From NCBI GenBank assembly GCA_051532055.1, contig JAOPTX010000037.1, forward strand, positions 1 to 64,000: a stretch of 64,000 bases of DNA, given 5' to 3'. Below are positions 47,570 through 57,823 of the stretch, one piece after another (the stretch's first letter is position 1; every line of letters begins with the position of its first letter). A program made the position numbers and the translations under genes. This DNA is from Fibrobacterales bacterium (GTDB lineage Bacteria > Fibrobacterota > Fibrobacteria > Fibrobacterales > JAOPTW01). The notes under the pieces were generated by a model, which did not search any database, was not told the origin of the DNA, and saw only the letters and a list, made by a program, of their open reading frames with translations.

Positions 47570-48387
47570 GCGATTCCTTCACCCACAATTGCCTTGTCGT
47601 ATTCATCTCCCGAAAGTGTTGTGCCATCTAGGATAATTGAATCTTTAATAGAAACGTCATCGAGAAGTTGAACACTCTCCCCTACTAAAGAGCCATTTAC
47701 TAAAGGAGTTCCTATTTTGTTCGCACGATCAAAGGAAGCTTCATAAAGACCTTGTGGTGTCCCAATATCAATCCACACTGTTCCATTATTATCCAGTGCT
47801 CTACCAAACTTACCCTTTGTTGCTGCACTTTTCCAAAAAGAGACAATGCTAAAATGTTCTTTATTAATATCAGCAAGAGCCTCCTTTGAATACCAAGAAA
47901 CTCCTGAAAATGTTTTTAGGAAGCTGGTCTCTTTTGCTGAATAGACCTTACGCACTCCGGTGACCATATTTTCAGTCACTTCAACACTATTAAACTGTTC
48001 ATTATCTATGAGCAACAAAGAATAGTAGGATTCCTGCGCCTCTGATACAAATTTTTGTAAATCAAAATCGTGGTAAATATCACAGTTTATGACCAAGAGA
48101 TCATCTGTGTATCCCTCATTATACATTCTATGGAGTGGCCCACCCGTTCCTAAAATTTCTGGTTCAAAAAAGACCTTTTGAATAGGCAGTTCAGTCGCAA
48201 AAGTATGCAGCTCTTCAGCAAGGTGATGAGTATTAATACACATATTGGAGTACTTTAATTCTGAGCACCCCTCTATTTGAATCTCAAGCCCTGTTTTATC
48301 GGCAATTTTAACCATAGGCTTAGGAATTCTATCAGTCAGTGGGGCAAGTCGTGAGCCATACCCTGCACAGAGTATCAATACATTCAT
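47557..48387 (-). CDS. Sugar-phosphate nucleotidyltransferase, MurU-like
   Basis: ILCAGYGSRLAPLT..IPKPM, INTHH, EILGTGG, WIDIGTP. Confidence 0.82.
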   Translation of the reverse strand: MNVLILCAGYGSRLAPLTDRIPKPMVKIADKTGLEIQIEGCSELKYSNMCINTHHLAEELHTFATELPIQKVFFEPEILGTGGPLHRMYNEGYTDDLLVINCDIYHDFDLQKFVSEAQESYYSLLLIDNEQFNSVEVTENMVTGVRKVYSAKETSFLKTFSGVSWYSKEALADINKEHFSIVSFWKSAATKGKFGRALDNNGTVWIDIGTPQGLYEASFDRANKIGTPLVNGSLVGESVQLLDDVSIKDSIILDGTTLSGDEYDKAIVGEGIAWQL

Positions 48388-48588
48388 TATTTCTCCAACG
48401 TTTTAAAAGGTCTCCATCTCTACACTCAAAAATAACATTGCAGGTTAAGATCGAGGTAATTTATCCAGAAAATAACACTTCTGGACTCGATATAGAAAAA
48501 AGACTTCATTGTAAAAATAAACCACTTTTTCTTTTACATAATGCATATTTTAAATATCGGGTAGTAAAGGAATAGTTGGTCAGGAACA

Positions 48589-49524
48589 GTGCACGAATAT
48601 CTAACAATCAGCACAAACAAAATCCTTATCGTTGAGAACAAGGGTATTGAACGGGGATCCCTCCATCAGGATTTCATTAAAAACGGCTATCACATTACTG
48701 TTGTAGATAACTTCTTTAATGCTATGGAGCGCCTTAAAACTCAAGAATTTGATCTTATCATTTCTGAAGTGAAGTTAACCGATTCTAACGGCTATAAACT
48801 TCTCAGTGAGGCTCGCAAGATTTGCCCTACTGCAGGTCGGCTTCTATTGACAGATGATAATATTGAGAGTAATATGAATCTCATCAAAGATTACTCTATT
48901 GAAAATATTATTCCTGTTCCCAAGCCATTCGACTCTACTGAAATTATTGATGCTACAAGTAAACTCATATCTAAAGACATCTTTGGACTTGAGAAGTATC
49001 TCAAAAAGCGTACGAAGGTTAAAAAAATATTACTCAGGTCACCGAGACAGATTGATGAAATCTGTGAAGACCTTACCCAGCTCTATGGACTGAAACACAA
49101 TATCGATAAACTTAAAGTCGTTCTGACAGAGCTTATGACCAATGCCCTCTTTTATGGGGCTAAAAGTGAAGACGGCTCTAAGAAAAACATGTGGGACCGT
49201 GACTTTGTCCTTCCTGAAGGCGAGGCTATTGAGATCTGGCACGGAAAAGATAGTGAAAAAAATGGTATTGCAATTATAGATAACGGTGGTAAGCTCGACT
49301 CAAAAACCATACTCTACTGGCTTGATCGACAGATAACCAATGGTGAAAAAGGGTTCCCTAAAGGGCTTCTCGATTCCCATGGTCGTGGCCTCTATATCTC
49401 TCGTAAGCTTGCAGATCGACTTATTATCAACATCGAAGCACAGAAAAAAAGTGAATGTATTATTCTCAACTACAATGAAGAGAAACATTCAGACAGTAAG
49501 CCTATTAGGATTTGTGAAGTCTAG
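48589..49524 (+). CDS. Atypical receiver domain fused to an HATPase (anti-sigma-kinase-like) domain
   Basis: KILIVE..., DLIISE, KPF; ELMTNALFYG, DNGG, GRGLYI. Confidence 0.75.
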   Translation: MHEYLTISTNKILIVENKGIERGSLHQDFIKNGYHITVVDNFFNAMERLKTQEFDLIISEVKLTDSNGYKLLSEARKICPTAGRLLLTDDNIESNMNLIKDYSIENIIPVPKPFDSTEIIDATSKLISKDIFGLEKYLKKRTKVKKILLRSPRQIDEICEDLTQLYGLKHNIDKLKVVLTELMTNALFYGAKSEDGSKKNMWDRDFVLPEGEAIEIWHGKDSEKNGIAIIDNGGKLDSKTILYWLDRQITNGEKGFPKGLLDSHGRGLYISRKLADRLIINIEAQKKSECIILNYNEEKHSDSKPIRICEV

Positions 49525-49544
49525 GAGTCTGTCAGACTCCTAGA
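49520..49544. terminator. Hairpin between convergent genes
   Basis: TCTAGGAGTCT-GTC-AGACTCCTAGA. Confidence 0.55.
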
Positions 49545-49553
49545 AAACCTCAA

Positions 49554-51119
49554 TTAATTTTCCATTGTCTTTTCAAAGGTCAGACCTTCGTAGTTTTTTT
49601 CAGCGAGATTTAGCTTGAATTCGTTCGGAAAGAGACACACCAAATTACCCTCTTTATCTGTCGAACAGTTAAAGCCGTACTCTTTTACGAATTTCTTTAT
49701 TTCCTCTTTATCACCCACAATCCAACGTGCCTCAAACACATTAAATCGATCAAGGATAACATTGGCCTGATACTCATGCTCTAGACGATGTTTAAGAACA
49801 TCAAATTGCAGTTCTCCCACAACACCAATAATCGCTGTAGGCGACTGAATTGGTTGAAAGAGCTGGGTCGCTCCCTCTTCTGAAAGCTGGTCGAGCCCTT
49901 TTTTCATCTGCTTTGACTTTAACGGATTCTCAAGAGTAACTTTCGCAAAATATTCAGGAGCAAAGTGTGGAATACCATGGAATTTAAATTTCTCACCCGC
50001 AGTCAATGTGTCACCAATGTTAAATATTCCAGGGTCATTTATCCCCACAATATCTCCTGCATAGGCAACGTCAAGAATATCTTTATTCTTAGCCATAAAT
50101 GAAGTTGGCGCCGCCATACTTAGTTTTTTACCAGTACGACAGTGAACTACCTTTGAGCCACGTTCAAATTTCCCTGAACAAATACGCATAAATGCCGTTC
50201 TATCGCGATGTTTCGGATCCATATTTGCTTGAATTTTAAAAATAAATCCAGAAAATTTTTCTTCGTGTGGATCAACAACCCGAACATCAGTGTCCCGAGG
50301 AAGCGGTGGCGGTGCTAATCGCTCAAAGGTATCAAGGAGCTGTTTTACTCCAAAGTTAGCAATAGCAGAGCCATAAAAAACAGGGCACTGGTCGCCATTC
50401 AAAAAAGCTTCTTGATCAAAGGGTTCCATCACTCCAGTAACCAGGTCGTAGCGTTCACGAAGCTCGGTTACATCACGCTCATCAAACAGGTCGTCTAGTT
50501 TTGGATCATCAATACCCGAGAGTTGTACAACCTCTTGCTCACTTCCATCTTTTGAATATGAATGTAGGGTATCATCAATAATAGAATAGACCCCTTTAAA
50601 GAGCTTCCCATAGCCGATTGGGAGCGAAAAAGGCGCACATTTAATTTTTAATATTTCTTCAATCTCATCAATGAGGTCAATAGCATCTTTGCCATCAAGA
50701 TCCATCTTATTGATAAAGGTAATAATAGGAGTTTTACGAAGACGACACACATCCATCAATTTGATTGTTTGTCGTTCCACACCATTTACTGAGTCGAGAA
50801 GTACCAAAGCAGAGTCTACTGCAGTGAGTGCTCTATAGGTATCCTCACTAAAGTCTTGGTGACCCGGAGTATCGAGTAGATTAAACTGCGAATTTCCATG
50901 AGGAAAGTTGAGCACCGATGACGATACCGAAATTCCCCGTTGTTGTTCAATCTTCATCCAGTCAGAGGTTGTATGCGAACGATTCTGCTTTGCACGAACA
51001 TGACCCGCTTCGCGAATAACCTTGCCATACCAAAGAAATTTCTCTGTAATGGTGGTTTTACCTGCATCCGGGTGGGATACAATAGCGAAGGTCCTGCGTT
51101 TTTCTATCTCATTTCTCAT
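49554..51119 (-). CDS. prfC: Peptide chain release factor 3
   Basis: RRTFAIVSHPDAGKTT, SDWM.IEQQRGISV, DTPGHQDFSEDTYR, FKIQANMDPKHRDR, QLSEEGA. Confidence 0.98.
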   Translation of the reverse strand: MRNEIEKRRTFAIVSHPDAGKTTITEKFLWYGKVIREAGHVRAKQNRSHTTSDWMKIEQQRGISVSSSVLNFPHGNSQFNLLDTPGHQDFSEDTYRALTAVDSALVLLDSVNGVERQTIKLMDVCRLRKTPIITFINKMDLDGKDAIDLIDEIEEILKIKCAPFSLPIGYGKLFKGVYSIIDDTLHSYSKDGSEQEVVQLSGIDDPKLDDLFDERDVTELRERYDLVTGVMEPFDQEAFLNGDQCPVFYGSAIANFGVKQLLDTFERLAPPPLPRDTDVRVVDPHEEKFSGFIFKIQANMDPKHRDRTAFMRICSGKFERGSKVVHCRTGKKLSMAAPTSFMAKNKDILDVAYAGDIVGINDPGIFNIGDTLTAGEKFKFHGIPHFAPEYFAKVTLENPLKSKQMKKGLDQLSEEGATQLFQPIQSPTAIIGVVGELQFDVLKHRLEHEYQANVILDRFNVFEARWIVGDKEEIKKFVKEYGFNCSTDKEGNLVCLFPNEFKLNLAEKNYEGLTFEKTMEN

Positions 51120-51127
51120 ATATACTA

Positions 51128-51712
51128 CTATTTAAAAAGGTCTACTCGTGGAATAACTACTGGAGTACCTTTTGGAATGGCGTTAAAGTTTATTGTTGGG
51201 TTCAGCGTTTTAAGCTCATACTTAATAAGCACATCTGGAATCGCTTCTGAATAAATATTGTACTGCTTTGAAAGGAGCTGTTTGATACTCATTGTAGTAC
51301 GTGGTGTAATGCTTATGAACAACCCCTTATTTTGAGGGTCATTTTTCATTTTAGTGATCTGTTTAGAGAAGCGCTCAACAAACAACTCCTTAGTAATAAA
51401 TTTTTTGGTCGTAATTTTTTGACCTGAGGTCCTATTTTTTAAGCTCCCCATTTGAGGCTTTTTCACAAGAGCTGTTTCAAGATCCATTTCAAGTTTTTTC
51501 TTGCGATGGGTGGTATCTTGTTTGTAATGACGGATATTTTTTGCGCTATCAAGGTCGAGTGAATCGGGAAATTGTTCAAGAGTTACTTTTTGACCTATTT
51601 TTGATTTGAACTCATATTCACCCTCACTGCTGCACCCTATGATTCCCCAAAGGGTAAAAAGAGTGCATATGAACACTCCTATCTTAATATTTTTGTAAAA
51701 ACAGTGAACCAT
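51128..51712 (-). CDS. Hypothetical lipoprotein with LysM-like C-terminus
   Basis: IIGC lipobox; LKTLNP.INFN.IP.GT.V.IP. Confidence 0.55.
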   Translation of the reverse strand: MVHCFYKNIKIGVFICTLFTLWGIIGCSSEGEYEFKSKIGQKVTLEQFPDSLDLDSAKNIRHYKQDTTHRKKKLEMDLETALVKKPQMGSLKNRTSGQKITTKKFITKELFVERFSKQITKMKNDPQNKGLFISITPRTTMSIKQLLSKQYNIYSEAIPDVLIKYELKTLNPTINFNAIPKGTPVVIPRVDLFK

Positions 51713-51857
51713 GTGCCTAGTAATTATCCCTAATAAGGGTCAAAGTTAATAAAATGCCCCCTTTTATTCACTATCACTGGAATAATTCATTGATTAATGG
51801 CTAAATAGTTCTATATTTGCATCGAATTAAAAAACGTGACACTTAACGGATACTTAT

Positions 51858-52154
51858 ATGAAAGAAGGATTACATCCATCATACAGCCCAGTAGTTTTTA
51901 TTGATGCTAGTACTAAAGCTGAATTTGCTACTAAATCAACCATGACCTCTAAAGAGACTAAAGAGATTGATGGTGTTGAACACTACATTATTCAATGCGA
52001 GGTGACTTCAGACTCTCACCCATTTTGGACTGGTAAAGTTCATAGACTCGATACTGCAGGACGTATTGACCGTTTCGCTAAGAAATATGACAAAATTACA
52101 TCAGGCAAAAGAAAAACAAGAAAAGAAGTTACTCGTAAGAAAGACGAAGAATAA
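51858..52154 (+). CDS. rpmE: 50S ribosomal protein L31 type B (no Zn-binding Cys motifs)
   Basis: MKEGLHP.Y.PVVF.D, SDSHPFWTG, DTAGRIDRF. Confidence 0.95.
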   Translation: MKEGLHPSYSPVVFIDASTKAEFATKSTMTSKETKEIDGVEHYIIQCEVTSDSHPFWTGKVHRLDTAGRIDRFAKKYDKITSGKRKTRKEVTRKKDEE

Positions 52155-52176
52155 CACTCTTTTTTCATCAGTATTT

Positions 52177-52204
52177 AAGGTCAACTCAAAGTTGACCTTT
52201 TTTT
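52177..52204 (+). terminator. Intrinsic terminator after rpmE
   Basis: AAGGTCAACT-CAA-AGTTGACCTTTTTTT. Confidence 0.85.
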
Positions 52205-52342
52205 GTTTCTATTAACTGCAATTCATTGCAATTCTTTATAAATCCTTGTAAAATAATATATTTCATAAGGATTTGATTGTTTTGGCTCATGATACCCATC
52301 CTGAGGAACATTCGAACCTAAGACTTTTTAGAGGTAGATATA

Positions 52343-53800
52343 ATGAACATTGAACTCAGAACAATTGCTCAAGCAAAATCAATAACAGAACCACTGGTAA
52401 TTTTTTGTAAAAAAGGGAGTATACAACTCTCAACACCTAGTGCTCATGTTTCGCCGGAATCAAAAGAAATAGTCAAGCAACTTGAAGAGAGCAGACTCAC
52501 TGGGACTCAAGTGATTCAAGGAACTCCTGAGACTATTGTTCATGAAATTGCAGAGCCTAAAGGACTTGATACTACAGAGCACCTCAGAATTGCATCCTAC
52601 CGCGTTTCTGTTTTTGCGCAAAAAAGAAAAAATGAATCTATCGCTCTCGTACTACCTAAGATTAAAGATGAAGCCCTCTCAGCACTCTGTCAAGGCTTCC
52701 TCACCGGCGGATACAGTTTTACAGGATACAAGTCTGAACCTACAGAACAACAACCGGTAACCCTTGTACTCTATGTCGATGGATCAGAAAAACGACACTT
52801 TCAAAAAATTGTTGATCGTGAAATTACACTCGGCCTTGGTGCCACCGTTACACGAGACCTTATTAACGAGCCAGGTTCAAGTCTTACTCCAAAAGATTTT
52901 GTTACACGTGCTAAAAAACTCGCCGCTGCAACTGATAGTATTGAGATATCTATACGAGACAAAAAAGCACTTGCCAAAGAAGGCTTCAACGGACTCATTA
53001 CTGTAGGAAAAGGGAGTCCAAACGACCCTTATATGGTAACGCTCAACTACACTCATAGCAAAGCACCTAAAACGACTAAGCTTGCACTTGTCGGCAAAGG
53101 AATCACCTTCGATACCGGTGGGATATCTTTAAAGCCAGCGGGAAGTATGTGGGAAATGCGCATGGATATGGGTGGTGCCGGAACTGTTCTTGGTGCGTTT
53201 AAAGCAATTGCTGAACTCAAACTCCCTATAAATGTATCTGCGGTTATCTGCCTCGCCGAGAACCGTCCTGGGCAAGACGCTGCACTCCCTGGAGATATTT
53301 TTACTGCGAAAAATGGTAAAACAATTCAAGTTGAGAATACCGATGCAGAAGGACGCCTCGTTCTAACAGATGGACTCGCAGAAGCGGGACTCATTGGGGC
53401 GACTCATATTATTGATCTTGCAACCTTAACCGGTGCCATTGTAAGAGCTATTGGCCCTAAAATGACTGGCCTCTTTTCAAATAAAGATGCATTTGCAACA
53501 ACAATTTTGAAATCAGGCAAAGCAAATGGTGAAAAGTTTTGGCACATGCCTCTCGAAGAAGAGTATCGTGACGAGCTCGACGATAAAGTTGCCGACCTCC
53601 GCAATATTAGTGAATCGGCTGGGGCAATCACTGCCGGACTCTTTTTACAGGAATTTGTACCTGAAGGTGCAATCTGGGCCCACCTTGATATTGCAGGTAC
53701 TGCCTTCATCACCAAAGAGTGGAAATATTACAATTGGGGTGCTACAGGATGGGGAGTACGCTCACTTGTCTCTATAGCAGAAAGCCTCACTAAGAAATAA
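52343..53800 (+). CDS. pepA: Leucyl aminopeptidase (M17)
   Basis: VGKGITFDTGGISLKP, DMGGA, NTDAEGRL, DLATLTGA, WAHLDIAG. Confidence 0.95.
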   Translation: MNIELRTIAQAKSITEPLVIFCKKGSIQLSTPSAHVSPESKEIVKQLEESRLTGTQVIQGTPETIVHEIAEPKGLDTTEHLRIASYRVSVFAQKRKNESIALVLPKIKDEALSALCQGFLTGGYSFTGYKSEPTEQQPVTLVLYVDGSEKRHFQKIVDREITLGLGATVTRDLINEPGSSLTPKDFVTRAKKLAAATDSIEISIRDKKALAKEGFNGLITVGKGSPNDPYMVTLNYTHSKAPKTTKLALVGKGITFDTGGISLKPAGSMWEMRMDMGGAGTVLGAFKAIAELKLPINVSAVICLAENRPGQDAALPGDIFTAKNGKTIQVENTDAEGRLVLTDGLAEAGLIGATHIIDLATLTGAIVRAIGPKMTGLFSNKDAFATTILKSGKANGEKFWHMPLEEEYRDELDDKVADLRNISESAGAITAGLFLQEFVPEGAIWAHLDIAGTAFITKEWKYYNWGATGWGVRSLVSIAESLTKK

Positions 53801-53848
53801 CAACGACCTCGGCCCAGCCGAAGTGAACAACCTAACAATGGAACTTGT

Positions 53849-55636
53849 GTGAAAGATAAAATTGCTATTCTCGATTTTGGTGGTCAATATGTACACCTAA
53901 TAGCGAACAAAGTACGTCGTCTTGGTGTCTATTCCGAGATATTTCTCCCTACTGAATCAGCTGATACGTTTAAGGATTACAAAGGAATTATTTTTTCTGG
54001 AGGCCCTTCAAGCGTCTACGCTGAAGATCGTCCTGATTTTAATAGTGACCTTATTAATCTCACTATTCCCAAACTCGGTATCTGTTATGGGCATCAACTC
54101 ATCAATCAACAACTGGGCGGCACTGTAGAAGTAGGTGAAGTTCAAGAGTATGGTGTTTCACAACTTCTCGTTCCTAAAGATCCACACCCACTCCTTAAAA
54201 ACCTGCCAGACTCCTCCCCTATGTGGATGAGTCATGGTGACAAAGTAAGTGTTCCTGCTGAAGGATTTGTTACCATCGCTTCTACCGATGACTGTGAGCA
54301 GTCTGCAGTGGCAAACGATACCCTTAAAAGCTATGGCATTCAATTTCACCCAGAAGTAACCCACTCAGAGTTTGGTATGAAAATACTTGAGAACTTTATT
54401 GATATATGTGAATGTGCAAAAGATTGGGATGCTGCATCTTATATTGATGAGATCAGCAATAAAATTAAAGCACAGGTAGGTGATAAAAACGTACTTCTCC
54501 TCGTTTCGGGTGGCGTAGACTCTACCGTTGCTTTTGTACTCCTCAATAATGTACTTGGTCAAGACCGAGTAATAGGTGTTCATATTGACAATGGACTTAT
54601 GCGCCTCAATGAAAGCGCTGAGGTTGATATTTTCCTTAAAGACCACAACATGCACAACCTAAAAATTGTTGATGCATCTGACCTCTTTTTAGGTAATCTG
54701 AAAGGTGAATTTGCACCAGAGGCAAAACGAAAAATAATCGGCGATACTTTTCTCGATGTAAAAGATAATGAAATCGAAGGAATGGACCTCGATCCTGAAC
54801 AATGGATTATGGCTCAAGGTACTATCTACCCTGACACTATTGAGTCTGGTGGTACTAAGAATGCTGACGTCATTAAAACACACCATAACCGAGTTCCAAA
54901 AGTAATGGAGCTCCTTGAGCAAGGAAAAGTGATCGAACCCCTTGCTGAGCTCTATAAAGATGAAGTTCGTGACTTGGGGGCTGAACTTGATATCCCCCAC
55001 GCACTTCTTTGGAGGCATCCATTTCCAGGACCAGGTCTCGGTGTACGTCTCCTTTGTAGTGATGGAACGCATATAGAAAACCCTCATATTGAGGGCCTTG
55101 CCGACTATCTTCTTCAAAATGATATCCAAGGAAAGATTCTCCCCATTCACAGTGTGGGTGTTCAAGGTGACGCCCGTACCTATGCGCAACCTTTTGTTAT
55201 TCAAAACGAAATGGGCTGGCGTGACTGTGAAACATACTCTACAGCTATTACTAATCGATTTAAAGAACTTAACCGCTTAGTATATCAAGTCAATAGTGAT
55301 CCATTGATTCACTATGAGCTTGTGGAGCAGTATTCAACTCGAGATCGTCTTGATATTCTGAGAACTATTGATGCAATATGTACAGAGTTCCTCTTAGCAA
55401 ACAACCTCTACAATGAAATTTGGCAGATGCCTGTTGTACTTCTTCCCCTTACCACTAATGGTAAGCCTGTAGCAGTGCTCCGCCCTGTTTGTTCAACTGA
55501 AGCTATGACCGCAAATTTTTACGAGATGGACCGCACTCTACTCAATCAACTCTGGACCAAAGTTGAAGCTGCAGGCCTTGGTGCACTCCTCTATGATATT
55601 ACTCATAAACCCCCAGGAACCATTGAGTGGGAATAG
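53849..55636 (+). CDS. guaA: Glutamine-hydrolysing GMP synthase (long form)
   Basis: ILDFGGQY, GICYGHQ, QFHPE, SGGVDS, QGTIYPD.IES, RHPFPGPG, KPPGTIEWE. Confidence 0.97.
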   Translation: MKDKIAILDFGGQYVHLIANKVRRLGVYSEIFLPTESADTFKDYKGIIFSGGPSSVYAEDRPDFNSDLINLTIPKLGICYGHQLINQQLGGTVEVGEVQEYGVSQLLVPKDPHPLLKNLPDSSPMWMSHGDKVSVPAEGFVTIASTDDCEQSAVANDTLKSYGIQFHPEVTHSEFGMKILENFIDICECAKDWDAASYIDEISNKIKAQVGDKNVLLLVSGGVDSTVAFVLLNNVLGQDRVIGVHIDNGLMRLNESAEVDIFLKDHNMHNLKIVDASDLFLGNLKGEFAPEAKRKIIGDTFLDVKDNEIEGMDLDPEQWIMAQGTIYPDTIESGGTKNADVIKTHHNRVPKVMELLEQGKVIEPLAELYKDEVRDLGAELDIPHALLWRHPFPGPGLGVRLLCSDGTHIENPHIEGLADYLLQNDIQGKILPIHSVGVQGDARTYAQPFVIQNEMGWRDCETYSTAITNRFKELNRLVYQVNSDPLIHYELVEQYSTRDRLDILRTIDAICTEFLLANNLYNEIWQMPVVLLPLTTNGKPVAVLRPVCSTEAMTANFYEMDRTLLNQLWTKVEAAGLGALLYDITHKPPGTIEWE

Positions 55637-56832
55637 AGCTAAAAAAAACTATTGAGAAGGCTATTTTGGTTGGAATATCAACCAGTAAAGTCCGCCCTAA
55701 AGTAATGCGAGAACACCTTGCAGAGCTGCAGCGCTTAACAGAGACTTCTGAAGCAGAAGTCGTCGAAATTGTTACTCAAAACATGAAGACCTACAATCCA
55801 TCGACATTGGTGGGTAAAGGAAAGCTTGAAGAGATTCGCCAACTGAGTCACATACACTGTGCTGAACTGGTTATCTTTGATGAAGACCTTTCGGGGTCTC
55901 AAATTCGTAATATTGAGAAAAGTTTACCTGACGTCAAGGTACTCGATCGTTCAGGTATTATTCTCGATATATTTTCGAAACACGCTAAAACATCTGAAGC
56001 ACAAATAATGGTTGAGATCGCACAGCACGAATACCTCATGCCCCGCCTTACCAATATGTGGACTCACCTCTGCCGACAAGTAGGTGGTATTGGTACCCGT
56101 GGTCCCGGTGAAACACAGCTTGAAACCGACAAGCGACTGGTCCAAAAACGCATTAAAGACCTCAAAAAGAAACTTCAAAAAATTGAAAAGGCACGCAACC
56201 TCCAAGCGAACAAACGAAATGCACAGTTCCATGTGGGAGTTGTTGGCTACACAAATGCCGGGAAATCTACCCTTACCAACCTTCTAACAAAAGCAAAAGT
56301 ACTGGTAGAAGATAAGCTTTTTGCAACTCTTGATAGTACAACGCGGAAGCTCTTTCTTGATACAGAACGCAGTTTGATTCTCTCGGACACGGTTGGATTT
56401 ATTAGAAAGCTTCCTCACCATTTGGTCGCCTCGTTTAGAAGTACTCTAGGCATTGCTGCACAATCAGACCTTATTTTACATGTTATTGATTCAAGTGCGA
56501 GCGATATGTATGATCATATGGAAGTGACCACATCAGTATTAAAAGAAATAACTGAAAAAAACATTCCTCAGCTTTTAGTATTTAACAAAGTTGATGCGTT
56601 AGACGAAACCGCTCGAACTACTCTTTATGAGAAGTTCCCTGATGCGGTGTTTATGTCGGCCCTTGAAAACATAGGGACAGATATCCTAAAGAATAAATTA
56701 AGTAACGAATACGACTCATGGCACTCTCGTATATTTGACCCTAAAACTGAAGAACGGGTCGAACATCTCGAAGAGAAGCTCTGGAGTGAAGATGGCATTG
56801 AGCCAAAGGAATTTATTGTTGATGACTATTAG
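55627..56832 (+). CDS. hflX: GTPase HflX
   Basis: GPGETQLETD, VGYTNAGKST, LFATLD, SDTVGFI, FNKVD. Confidence 0.97.
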   Translation: MGIELKKTIEKAILVGISTSKVRPKVMREHLAELQRLTETSEAEVVEIVTQNMKTYNPSTLVGKGKLEEIRQLSHIHCAELVIFDEDLSGSQIRNIEKSLPDVKVLDRSGIILDIFSKHAKTSEAQIMVEIAQHEYLMPRLTNMWTHLCRQVGGIGTRGPGETQLETDKRLVQKRIKDLKKKLQKIEKARNLQANKRNAQFHVGVVGYTNAGKSTLTNLLTKAKVLVEDKLFATLDSTTRKLFLDTERSLILSDTVGFIRKLPHHLVASFRSTLGIAAQSDLILHVIDSSASDMYDHMEVTTSVLKEITEKNIPQLLVFNKVDALDETARTTLYEKFPDAVFMSALENIGTDILKNKLSNEYDSWHSRIFDPKTEERVEHLEEKLWSEDGIEPKEFIVDDY

Positions 56833-57670
56833 CGGAAAAACCAAAATTGTTGGTATCCTTGGATATCCTGTAGAACATTCTTTCTCACCAAACATGCATA
56901 ACACTGGCTTTGCAGAACTTGGGTTAGACTTTTGTTACATCCCCTTAGAAACACACCCAGACAACCTTGAGCAAGCTGTAGCTGGCCTTAGAGCGATGAA
57001 TTTCGTAGGGGCAAATGTTACCATCCCTCACAAACAAAATGTTATTCAGTATCTCGATGAGGTTTCAGATATTTCAGAACTCATGCAGAGCGTGAATACT
57101 ATCTATAAAAAAGATGGAAAACTATGTGGCACCACTACAGATCCCTATGGCGCCTTAGAAAACCTCCGTCGATCTGGTGTTGAAATTACTGACCAAAAAG
57201 TAACACTTCTCGGGACTGGTGGTGCAGCAAGTGCTATTGCATGTGCATTTGCTCTTGAATACCCCAGCATTACTCTTACTATAGCTGGCATCAATGCAAC
57301 TGCCGGTGGTGACATCGTCGAAAAGATTAATACTAAAACCGAATGTAAAGCACTCTACATTGATTCATCAAAATATTCTGAAATTGCTCGGGAACAAAAA
57401 CTCCTTATTAATGCAACTCCACTAGGAATGCACCCTAATGAAGATGCGAGTGCTGTTTCGGCTGATTATATTTACCCTGGGCAAGTGGTATATGATATCG
57501 TCTATAATCCACGTGAAACGAAGCTTCTTAAAGATGCTGCTGCAAAAGGTGCTAAAACCGTACAGGGACTTGGAATGCTCGCCTATCAGGGCGTTAAATC
57601 TTTTGAGATCTGGACTGGTGTTGAAGAAGGACCTGCTGAGACCTTTGTATCAGTCTTAGATAAGTTATAA
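56822..57670 (+). CDS. aroE: Shikimate dehydrogenase
   Basis: GYPVEHSFSP.MHN, GANVTIPHK, SVNT, GTGGAA, NATPLGM, DIVYNP, GLGML; start corrected to MTISGKT. Confidence 0.95.
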   Translation: MTISGKTKIVGILGYPVEHSFSPNMHNTGFAELGLDFCYIPLETHPDNLEQAVAGLRAMNFVGANVTIPHKQNVIQYLDEVSDISELMQSVNTIYKKDGKLCGTTTDPYGALENLRRSGVEITDQKVTLLGTGGAASAIACAFALEYPSITLTIAGINATAGGDIVEKINTKTECKALYIDSSKYSEIAREQKLLINATPLGMHPNEDASAVSADYIYPGQVVYDIVYNPRETKLLKDAAAKGAKTVQGLGMLAYQGVKSFEIWTGVEEGPAETFVSVLDKL

Positions 57671-57759
57671 TCTAGAATCGGCCTGATATATTTTTTTTTG
57701 TTTCATTGGGCACCTCTCACAATAAATACCACTACTCCTCTTTGGATATTTAATCCGAT

Positions 57760-57810
57760 TTCTGTAAAAAGAGCCACCCACTATTGTAGGTGACCCTCTT
57801 TTACAGGAAA
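57760..57810. terminator. Long hairpin between convergent genes
   Basis: TTTCTGTAAAAAGAG...CTCTTTTACAGGAAA. Confidence 0.55.
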
Positions 57811-57823
57811 TCGATTTATAGTA

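Noticed and set aside
53801..53848. Purine riboswitch upstream of guaA
   Set aside because: Only 48 nt with one small hairpin and no aptamer consensus
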